Assembly: GCA_963675665.1 (NCBI GenBank)
Contig: OY776510.1
Coordinates: 2,272,001-2,336,000 of the forward strand
Source of the DNA: Spirochaetia bacterium
GTDB lineage: Bacteria > Spirochaetota > Spirochaetia > UBA9216
Direction of reading: 5' to 3'
DNA length: 64,000 nt
Within the stretch, counting starts at the first letter, position 1. The number at the start of each line of letters is the position of its first letter. Shown here in pieces: positions 19,792-27,244 of the stretch. The notes under the pieces are model-generated. The model ran no database searches. It saw only the letters and a list, made by a program, of their open reading frames with translations, and was not told where the DNA came from. Both the position numbers and the translations under genes were made by a program.

Positions 19792-19821
19792 AAGAAAAAT
19801 CTGAAACGTTTTAGATTTTTC

Positions 19822-19850
19822 TTGACACATTACTTTTCATGGGTTACCAT
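19822..19850 (+). promoter_or_regulatory. Sigma70 promoter
   Basis: TTGACA-N17-TACCAT. Confidence 0.6.
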
Positions 19851-20017
19851 TTCTTTACATTTAATAGCATTTGGTAGCGTTTGAAAGCGCGACGATAAGG
19901 AGGAATGATAAAAAGTCTTCCATGACTTTATATCATTTTGAAGTTTGAAGCGTTGCTGTCAAACTTCATCTCCGTATCCTGCATCCATGCAGGTATTACT
20001 TATAGGAGTTAAGTTAG

Positions 20018-21346
20018 ATGAAAGCAAAACTGGTACCCGTATATTTCCCATCAAAAGATGAACAATTTCAGAAACAGATTGACTATCTGAAAAAAAATCT
20101 CGGTGATTACGCTGAAATACTTGGACCTGTTCCGCTGGGCGCGGACATCCCCGCTGATGTTGATGCAGTGCTGTTTCCTCAGATCCTGGGCGACGCCTAC
20201 ACAATGGCTGATGAAATCCGGAAGATTGATAATGCCGGTCTTCCGATGCTCGTGATTACTTCCGCATACGGAACTTTTTCAATGTGGGACTGGGAGATAA
20301 ACAATTTCCTTCGATCAAAGGGAATGAACTTCCTGATGCCCCACAATCTTGAAACGTCAAAAAAACTTTGCAAAATTCTTACGGTGAAGCGGGAAATGAA
20401 AAATACCAAATTCCGTGTATACCAGGACAATCCCGGAGAGGGTATGCAGCCGTGGATATTCAAATGTTTTTACTGGTGGGGAGATGAATGTACCGGGCAG
20501 ATAAACAGAAAATTCGGCGTGGAAATTGAGAAGAAAAGTTTTAAAAAACTTGCCGAAGATGCAAAAGCCGTATCCGATGCAGATGCGAAAGCGGAATGGA
20601 AAAAATGGGATTTCCCTGTTGAGGGTCTGGGCGACAAGGCAATTAACAATGCCGTCAAGATGTTTCTTGCTCTTGAACGTGATATGGATGATGAAGCAAT
20701 AAAGGGTATGGGCATCAACTGCCTTAACGAGTCCGCCTTTTCCGATACAACGCCGTGTCTTGCATGGAACATGCTTTATGAAAAATACGGTATGATGTGG
20801 GCCTGTGAAGCCGATACCGTTACTTTAACGACAAAGTACCTGCTTCATAAATCGCTTGGTATGCCTATCATGATGACGAATATCTATCCGTTCCTTATGG
20901 ACAAGGCCGCCACGGCCCATGAAAAGATACCCGGACTTCCCGAGTTTGTGCATGACTGGGAAGATCATGTTCTGCTTGCGCACTGCGGTTATTTCGGGCT
21001 TGTCCCGAGGTCATTCTGCTCATCCTGGACATGCAAGCCCCCTGTTCTTGAGATTGTAGACAAAGACGCTCACATGTTCGACGCGCGATTTCCCGAAGGT
21101 CCGCTTACGCTGGCCAAACTTGACGCAACAATGGATAAAATGTTTGTAACGGAAGGCGAGCTTGAGGGTTACATTCAGTATGACGAGACTTCCGACTGCA
21201 GAAACGGTGGAATCCTGAAGGTTAAGGACGGACACCGGTTCCTTGACAAGGTCTATTCGCATCACCTTCTGTTTATGACCGGAAAACAGCAGCGTGATAT
21301 CTCGCTGGTCGGAAAGATTTTCGATATTGATATGGATGTTCTTTAG
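20018..21346 (+). CDS. L-fucose/L-arabinose isomerase-like protein (substrate unknown)
   Basis: GINCL, PCLAW, ACEAD, LAHCG and terminal HH motifs of FucI/AraA-fold isomerase-like proteins. Confidence 0.65.
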   Translation: MKAKLVPVYFPSKDEQFQKQIDYLKKNLGDYAEILGPVPLGADIPADVDAVLFPQILGDAYTMADEIRKIDNAGLPMLVITSAYGTFSMWDWEINNFLRSKGMNFLMPHNLETSKKLCKILTVKREMKNTKFRVYQDNPGEGMQPWIFKCFYWWGDECTGQINRKFGVEIEKKSFKKLAEDAKAVSDADAKAEWKKWDFPVEGLGDKAINNAVKMFLALERDMDDEAIKGMGINCLNESAFSDTTPCLAWNMLYEKYGMMWACEADTVTLTTKYLLHKSLGMPIMMTNIYPFLMDKAATAHEKIPGLPEFVHDWEDHVLLAHCGYFGLVPRSFCSSWTCKPPVLEIVDKDAHMFDARFPEGPLTLAKLDATMDKMFVTEGELEGYIQYDETSDCRNGGILKVKDGHRFLDKVYSHHLLFMTGKQQRDISLVGKIFDIDMDVL

Positions 21347-21405
21347 AAAGCTCTGTAATAATTTGGGGTACTGCTGATAACCCTGAATTGGGATTATAAA
21401 GATTC

Positions 21406-21434
21406 AAGCCGCTCTGTTTACGGGGCGGCTTTCT
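21406..21434 (+). terminator. Rho-independent terminator
   Basis: AAGCCGCTCTG-TTTA-CGGGGCGGCTT followed by TCT, downstream of the 20018 gene. Confidence 0.7.
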
Positions 21435-21512
21435 AAATTCAGGAAAAGAAAATTCAGCTACGTAATGCGGGGCTGAACGAAGAGGCGGTTCACGGAGTTT
21501 GATAATATCGCT

Positions 21513-22607
21513 TCAGTGGTACCGGAGCTTAAGATTTTTCACCGTTTGTAGAAAATGCACAGCCCTGTTTTTTCTGTATGTGAATGAATCGATGTGCCTG
21601 GTCGTATAGGCAGGATCGTTTGTATCAACAAAGCTTCTGATGCAGTTTGCAGCAGCCATGGTTGAATCGATAAAGATGAAGTTGTCGTTGTTTGTTCTTC
21701 TGAACGGAAAATTGTCGATTGATTCAATAAAGCTTCCGACTGATTTTGCAATACGGTTTATATCGCCGTACATTCCCCATCCTGATCTTTCCAGCATAAT
21801 TGCGTTAAGCCTCTGTTCGAACTGCATTTTCTGGGGAAAGGCAAGAACAGGTTTCCCAAGGAACAGGGCTTCAGAAAGCATCTGGTGTCCGCTTGAACTG
21901 ATTACGCCTTTGCAGCCGGTCAGCGCTTCTGTGAAATTCTGTTTTTTATCGGGGAAGACCCTGAAGTCCGTATCGGGAAATTCTCTGATCGCCTCAAGGA
22001 CTGATTCACGCGATTCTTCCTTTGTATAAACGAGGTAATAATTGTCCCTGCGTGGTTTCCTGTTTTTTATATCCTTTCTGAGTATCGGACCTATGTCTCC
22101 GCCATAGAAGGAGCAGATAAGATCCTGTGTTCCCCGAGGCATCATAATCCTGGCGGCAAATTTGGCCGCCAGGGCATCGGGTTTTATCGAGAAATATCTG
22201 AGGACCACCCCCGGATGATTAAGGTTCAGCACGGGAAGATTCAGACTTTTTGCCGCCAGGGCCGTATAAGGCTCAAAATCGGAAACAAGGGCAGTAACCC
22301 CGAATTCCGACATAAGCGCGGAAAGCCTCCTGACTTCCGGTTGAATACGGCCTATCTTTGTGAGGTTTTTCAATAGTGTTTTTCTGTAACGGACAACATG
22401 ATTTTCCTTATGAAAATTTATTCCCGGAATTTCGATAATTTCAGTTTCAGGAAGACTTTCAGCAAGAAATCTTCTGATTGATTGGGGTGCAAAGATCATT
22501 ACTTCATAGTGCTCCTGCAATGCTTCAGTTAATGCAATGGTCCTTGCCGCATGTCCGCGGCCTTCTCCGGCAACGCCAAACGATATTAGTTTTTTTGTAT
22601 TGTTCAT
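21513..22607 (-). CDS. Glycosyltransferase, MJ1255/VC2487 family (GT-B)
   Basis: GEGRGHAAR, VSDFEP, SSGHQMLSEALFLGKP, QFEQRLNA. Confidence 0.85.
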   Translation of the reverse strand: MNNTKKLISFGVAGEGRGHAARTIALTEALQEHYEVMIFAPQSIRRFLAESLPETEIIEIPGINFHKENHVVRYRKTLLKNLTKIGRIQPEVRRLSALMSEFGVTALVSDFEPYTALAAKSLNLPVLNLNHPGVVLRYFSIKPDALAAKFAARIMMPRGTQDLICSFYGGDIGPILRKDIKNRKPRRDNYYLVYTKEESRESVLEAIREFPDTDFRVFPDKKQNFTEALTGCKGVISSSGHQMLSEALFLGKPVLAFPQKMQFEQRLNAIMLERSGWGMYGDINRIAKSVGSFIESIDNFPFRRTNNDNFIFIDSTMAAANCIRSFVDTNDPAYTTRHIDSFTYRKNRAVHFLQTVKNLKLRYH

Positions 22608-22780
22608 TACAGAAAAACTAAAGCCTGAATATTTCTGCAGAGTTAATGTTAAGTTAGGAATCGGTTATTATTTGCGGGTGAATTGAGTCTTTTTAAAGGT
22701 TTTCTAATGTGTCTGTAATTCAGCTCACATATGCAGTTGATTTACTACCGGCAACAGGAATGAATTGTCGGGAGGGCATG

Positions 22781-24160
22781 ATGAAAAAGAAAATAGCTGT
22801 TTTCGGAACCGGTTATGTTGGGCTTGTTACCGCTGTGGGACTTGCCGAAATCGGGCATGATGTTACAGCAGTAGATATCGATACAAGCAGGGTAAAAGAA
22901 CTGAAAAAGGGATATCTGCCGTTTTATGAACCGGGACTGAAAGGTATGCTGAAAAAAAACCTTACTGTCGGTAAAATCCGGTTTACGACTGAAGGCGACG
23001 AAGCTGTTACAGGTAACAATATAATATTTATTGCCGTGGGTACCCCTTCAAAAGCGGACGGCAGGGTTGATCTTTCACAGGTTGATAAGGTTTTCGATGT
23101 TATAACGGAAAATCTTGATACAGCAAAGACTATAATCATCAAATCCACAATTCCTCCGGGAACTGTTAACAGCTACAGGGAGTTGTATTCAAGCGAGCTT
23201 CAAACAACATCAAGCGAAATTATATTTTGCCCTGAATTTCTGAGGGAGGGTACTGCAGTGCACGATTTCTTTCATCCCGACAGAATAGTCGTAGGCGCTG
23301 ATTCGGTTGAGGCATCAAGGACGGTCAATTCGATATTCTTTCCCATAATATCAAGGCTGGATGTGCCGGTACTGAGATGCAGGCCGGTTTCGGCTGAAAT
23401 GATTAAGTACGGAAGCAATGTTATGCTTGCCTCAAGAATAGCTGTGATGAATGAACTGGCCGAAATGTCCGAAGCGGCAGGCGGCGATATTAGAGAGGTT
23501 TCAGCAGGGGTGGGCATGGATAAAAGAATTGGAAAAGAATTCCTCAAGGCCGGTCCGGGGTTCGGCGGAAGCTGTTTCGGAAAAGATGTTGCCGGTATAG
23601 TCAGGACAGCGGAGTATTACGGTCTTGACCTGAGGTTGATAAGCGGGATTATCAAATCAAACGACAGGCAAAGAGTCAGGCCTGCACTGAGGCTTGAGAA
23701 AGCCCTCGGGTCTCTGAAGGGAAAGAAAATTGCCGTTCTCGGACTTGCTTTCAAGGCGGATACCGACGATGTTCGCGGGTCGGCAGCTTTTGATGTGATA
23801 AATTATCTTGTTGATAAAGGAGCGCAGGTAAAGGCCCATGATCCCCGGGCTGAATACAATTTTATCCGGCTTTTCAGGAAGAAGGGTTATACCTGTACTG
23901 ATAAGGCGGAAGACGCCCTGAAAGGCGCCTGGGCCTGTATTATCCTTACTGAATGGAAAGAATATAACGATTTAGGTCCGGAAATGTTCGGCTGCCTGAT
24001 GCGGGGAAGAATCATAATCGACGCAAGAAACATCCTTGACGGGGATGCTTTCAGATATGAAGGTTTCAGGGTATTCGGCTCAGGCCGCCCCGAAACTGTT
24101 CCTGCAGCAAGGACAATTATAAGAAGTGATTTTGTAAACGCAGCGATTGTATCGGTTTAA
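22781..24160 (+). CDS. ugd: UDP-glucose 6-dehydrogenase
   Basis: GTGYVG, IAVGTP, KSTIPPG, PEFLREG, GFGGSCFGKD, GLAFKADTDDVR. Confidence 0.92.
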   Translation: MKKKIAVFGTGYVGLVTAVGLAEIGHDVTAVDIDTSRVKELKKGYLPFYEPGLKGMLKKNLTVGKIRFTTEGDEAVTGNNIIFIAVGTPSKADGRVDLSQVDKVFDVITENLDTAKTIIIKSTIPPGTVNSYRELYSSELQTTSSEIIFCPEFLREGTAVHDFFHPDRIVVGADSVEASRTVNSIFFPIISRLDVPVLRCRPVSAEMIKYGSNVMLASRIAVMNELAEMSEAAGGDIREVSAGVGMDKRIGKEFLKAGPGFGGSCFGKDVAGIVRTAEYYGLDLRLISGIIKSNDRQRVRPALRLEKALGSLKGKKIAVLGLAFKADTDDVRGSAAFDVINYLVDKGAQVKAHDPRAEYNFIRLFRKKGYTCTDKAEDALKGAWACIILTEWKEYNDLGPEMFGCLMRGRIIIDARNILDGDAFRYEGFRVFGSGRPETVPAARTIIRSDFVNAAIVSV

Positions 24161-24170
24161 TAAGAATGGT

Positions 24171-24205
24171 AGTTACGTAATAGATTTTGATTTATATACG
24201 TAACT
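24171..24205. terminator. Inverted repeat between convergent genes (possible bidirectional terminator)
   Basis: AGTTACGTA...TACGTAACT. Confidence 0.4.
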
Positions 24206-24220
24206 GTCTTCTTCAGTTTT

Positions 24221-25222
24221 TTACATTTTGCCGTAATTATTTCTATATAAAGGAGATTTTTTCTCGATAAGTTTTGTGATGAGCCTACTGAAAATTCGGA
24301 TTGCCGGTAAAATCGGACGCAGTTTTTTTACAAGGATCTCCTGCCAGTTCCGTATGGAATGCTGCTGGTAATCAAGTAACGACTGCACTTCAGCTGTGTC
24401 GTACCAGTCAAGGTAATAAGAGTCCGGATCCTGTGAATAAAGGGCCGGATTGGGTGTTTTAAGAAAAAGCGGATGAAACATCGCTTCTGCAAAATCCTCA
24501 GTATGCATACGGCAGCCGTTCTGTTCTCCGCCGGCAATAAAACCTTTTTTACCGCAGATTTCCCCGCTGCCCCGGAGGTTCTCACACGCAGCAACCAGTG
24601 CAATTGCTACATCAAGATCAACTACGGCTTCGCAGCGGGCATTAACCGGTATTTCAAACAGGAGTTCCGTCATGTTCAGTACGGCTTTCAGGTTAAGTAC
24701 CGTAGGAAGAACTGCCGCAGGTCTGAGAATGCAGTAGTCAAGCCCTGATGATTGGATAACTTCTTCAGCTTCAGCCTTGCTGACTGAATAGTTGTCGGTA
24801 GGCGACAGTTTGTCATCTGGGCTGACCGGCGGCTTTCGGTTTTGCGTAGACCCCATCACGCTTGCCGAAGAAACAAAGACAATCCCCGTTTTACCGCCCG
24901 ACTGTTTTAGCGCTTTTACAAGGTTTTCAGTACCGCCAAGGTTAACGGCCCTGCACAGTTCAGGCAGTCTGTCGCTTGCGGGAGGCAGAATCGACGCCAT
25001 ATGAATAACGGCATCCTGGTTTGCTGTGGCGGCGGAAATATCGTCATATTTTCTTATGTCGCCGAAAATGACTTTTACGCCTTTTCTTGCATATTTACGG
25101 GCAAGTCTGAAGGTGCGGTCGGTTCTTACTTCAAATACGGAAACACTGTGGCCGCGTTTCAGGCATTCTTCAATTACAACTACTCCTATACTGCCGAATC
25201 CGCCTGTTATCAGGATTTTCAT
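24221..25222 (-). CDS. NAD-dependent epimerase/dehydratase (extended SDR)
   Basis: KILITGGFGSIG, GDIR, VSSAS, YSVSK. Confidence 0.9.
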   Translation of the reverse strand: MKILITGGFGSIGVVVIEECLKRGHSVSVFEVRTDRTFRLARKYARKGVKVIFGDIRKYDDISAATANQDAVIHMASILPPASDRLPELCRAVNLGGTENLVKALKQSGGKTGIVFVSSASVMGSTQNRKPPVSPDDKLSPTDNYSVSKAEAEEVIQSSGLDYCILRPAAVLPTVLNLKAVLNMTELLFEIPVNARCEAVVDLDVAIALVAACENLRGSGEICGKKGFIAGGEQNGCRMHTEDFAEAMFHPLFLKTPNPALYSQDPDSYYLDWYDTAEVQSLLDYQQHSIRNWQEILVKKLRPILPAIRIFSRLITKLIEKKSPLYRNNYGKM

Positions 25223-25277
25223 GGTAGGGCCTCTTTTTATCATTATACTTCATTAAAGGCGGTTTTGAGAAATTTTA

Positions 25278-25325
25278 TGGCCGCGAATTACACGAATGTG
25301 TATCGGGTAAGGGCAGGAAGAGATT
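25278..25325 (+). repeat. Direct repeat copy A (48 bp; partner at 44670-44717)
   Basis: TGGCCGCGAATTACACGAATGTGTATCGGGTAAGGGCAGGAAGAGATT, 44/48 identical to copy D. Confidence 0.9.
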
Positions 25326-25474
25326 GGAAGAGGGGGTATCGATACCATATTCTGGTTTTTAATAAGTATGAGTAAAAGTGTAATTTGTAATTTTTATGGA
25401 TCGGGCATATAATGATTTTTAGGCCCAATAATAAAATTATAGTTTCTGTATTTTTAAAAATGGTTTGGTTTGGA

Positions 25475-26497
25475 ATGAAAAGGGCTTATGCAAAATCAGA
25501 GAGATTAAACAAAATCCAGCTCTTATTGTCGTCAATTGAACGGGGCATTACACGAAGTGAATTGGCGAGAAGGCTTAATGTAAGCAGAGCCACAATATCC
25601 CGTGATATAGCAGAACTCAGTCATGATTATCCTGTGATTGAGGATGAAGAAACCGGAAAACTTTATGCCGATAAAATTTCTCTTTTGGCTAATCTTCATT
25701 TTAATGCAGAAGAAATTCAGGCTATGCACCTTGCCTGCAGACTTCTTGGCCGGAAAGTGCGATTTAAGTACCCTTCAGCTTCTTCTGCACTAAGGAAGCT
25801 TGGAATCGCTCTGGAACATTATGCTTCTCCGCTTGCTTCTTCAATTACTTCGACTGCTGAATTATTCGAAAACCATGAACCGGAAAAACAGACAGAACCG
25901 GCAGTTATGGTAAAAACAATAACTGAAGGTATAGTCCGGGGTCTTTCAATCCGTTTTGAGAGATACTCAAGAAGAGAGAAGATCTGGAAGGATTGTTTAT
26001 TCAATTCTTATTGCATTGAACCGTATGCCGAGGGGAATTCGCTTTATCTTGTGGGTTTTGATGAATGCTCTTCAGAACTAAGAACCATTAAATTTGAATT
26101 GATAAGAAATATTATACTTACTGACAGGTCTTATAGTATTCCGTCTGATTTTAATGCAAACGAATATTTTAAAAACAGCTGGGGTATCTGGACTTCATTA
26201 TGTGAAAGCCAAAGGGTTGTTTTAATGTTTTCAGCGGCTGTAAAGCAGCGGGTGCTTCAGACGGAATGGCACTATAGCGAAGAGATTGAGAAGCTTCAGG
26301 ACGGCAGAATAAAATGGACCGCTCTAATTGCCGAACCTGTTGAGATGCTTCCTTGGATTAGAGGTTGGGGTGCTGATGTGGAGGTAATAGAGCCAGAAGG
26401 TTTAAAACAGATGATTATTGATGATATCAGGGCTTGTTCAGATTGTTATGGGTTACGGATGTTAAGTGATAATGATGAAAAAAAACAGAATTTATAA
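25475..26497 (+). CDS. WYL-domain transcriptional regulator (wHTH-WYL-WCX)
   Basis: RSELARRLNVSRATISRDI HTH, LYLVG...RTIKFE WYL core, WIRGWGADVEVIEP WCX. Confidence 0.93.
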   Translation: MKRAYAKSERLNKIQLLLSSIERGITRSELARRLNVSRATISRDIAELSHDYPVIEDEETGKLYADKISLLANLHFNAEEIQAMHLACRLLGRKVRFKYPSASSALRKLGIALEHYASPLASSITSTAELFENHEPEKQTEPAVMVKTITEGIVRGLSIRFERYSRREKIWKDCLFNSYCIEPYAEGNSLYLVGFDECSSELRTIKFELIRNIILTDRSYSIPSDFNANEYFKNSWGIWTSLCESQRVVLMFSAAVKQRVLQTEWHYSEEIEKLQDGRIKWTALIAEPVEMLPWIRGWGADVEVIEPEGLKQMIIDDIRACSDCYGLRMLSDNDEKKQNL

Positions 26498-26513
26498 GTT
26501 TACCCTGTCAGCA

Positions 26514-26546
26514 GTTTCATTAGGTGAAACGGGTCGTGAGTAAAAT
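26514..26546 (+). promoter_or_regulatory. Putative WYL-regulated promoter for the cas operon
   Basis: Palindrome GTTTCA-N5-TGAAAC, then 10 nt, then TAAAAT (-10-like), immediately after the WYL gene. Confidence 0.5.
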
Positions 26547-26565
26547 AAAATGGAGGTGTTGAGTC

Positions 26566-26593
26566 GGCCGCGGATTAAGAGGATTTTCACGGA
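26566..26593 (+). repeat. Direct repeat copy B (left of GxxExxY)
   Basis: GGCCGCGGATTAAGAGGATTTTCACGGA, 23/28 identical to copy C. Confidence 0.8.
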
Positions 26594-26665
26594 AAGGGAA
26601 AAAGGCTGATACATATGATTAATAGTTTTTATACGATGTTTTTCCTTCAGTTTTTCATTTTACAA

Positions 26666-26740
26666 TCCGTCTTTAGCCTGTCAAGGGCCGGGCAAGTTAA
26701 ACGGCTGTGCCGTTTAACCCTTGACCGGCTAAAGAGCGGA
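26666..26740. repeat. Long hairpin (about 30 bp of stem) upstream of GxxExxY
   Basis: Arms TCCG/CGGA, TCTTTAGCC/GGCTAAAGA, GTCAAGG/CCTTGAC and GTTAAACGGC/GCCGTTTAAC; TGT loop and a 9-nt bulge. Confidence 0.85.
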
Positions 26741-26776
26741 GTCTGTATGTTCTGAAAAATTTCAGGAGGTACAGTT

Positions 26777-27139
26777 ATGGTACATGAAGAGTTAAGTTAT
26801 AAAATTATCGGCTGTTGTATGGAGGTTCACAGTGGTCTTGGAGCCGGTTTATTGGAACAGTGTTATCACAATGCATTGTTTTATGAAATAAAAACGGCCG
26901 GGTTGCAGGTTGGGTACAATGTTCCTTTTACGGTGAAATACCGGGGTGAGGTGGTCGGAGAATATTTTGCTGATCTGGTTGTTGAGGGCAAGGTAATTAT
27001 TGAGCTTAAGTCGGTAAAAAGGCTTGGTGATGAGCATGCGGCGCAGGTTATCAACTATCTGCGTATTTCAGGCTGTCGTCTGGGGCTGCTGGTTAATTTT
27101 CAGGGCTCAAGCCTTGAGTGGAAACGGCTGGTTGTATAG
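26777..27139 (+). CDS. GxxExxY protein (PD-(D/E)XK nuclease fold)
   Basis: GLLEQCY signature, ADLVVEGKVIIELKS, AQVINYL, GLLVNF; AGGAGG RBS. Confidence 0.95.
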   Translation: MVHEELSYKIIGCCMEVHSGLGAGLLEQCYHNALFYEIKTAGLQVGYNVPFTVKYRGEVVGEYFADLVVEGKVIIELKSVKRLGDEHAAQVINYLRISGCRLGLLVNFQGSSLEWKRLVV

Positions 27140-27163
27140 GGCGTTTTCTGGCCGGGTTTGTTG

Positions 27164-27191
27164 GGCCACGGATTTGGAGGATTAGCACGGA
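27164..27191 (+). repeat. Direct repeat copy C (right of GxxExxY)
   Basis: GGCCACGGATTTGGAGGATTAGCACGGA; its continuation TGTATAGGGTTAAGGG...GAGATT resembles the tails of copies A and D. Confidence 0.8.
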
Positions 27192-27244
27192 TGTATAGGG
27201 TTAAGGGTGGGGGGGAGATTGTGATAAAGATCTGGAGGTTGTAG

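Noticed and set aside
26499-26594. Possible degenerate mini-CRISPR (CreA/CreR-like): ...TGAAAC, 32 nt, GTCG..GCGGATT
   Set aside because: Only short ends resemble the repeat and there is no repeat hairpin. The would-be spacer matches the WYL upstream region only over a non-seed 9-mer (TGAGTAAAA). An operator plus repeat B explains it better.
26559-26609. Mini-ORF TTG...MSRPRIKRIFTEREKG after GGAGG
   Set aside because: It is very short, the RBS spacing is poor, and it is encoded mostly by repeat B.
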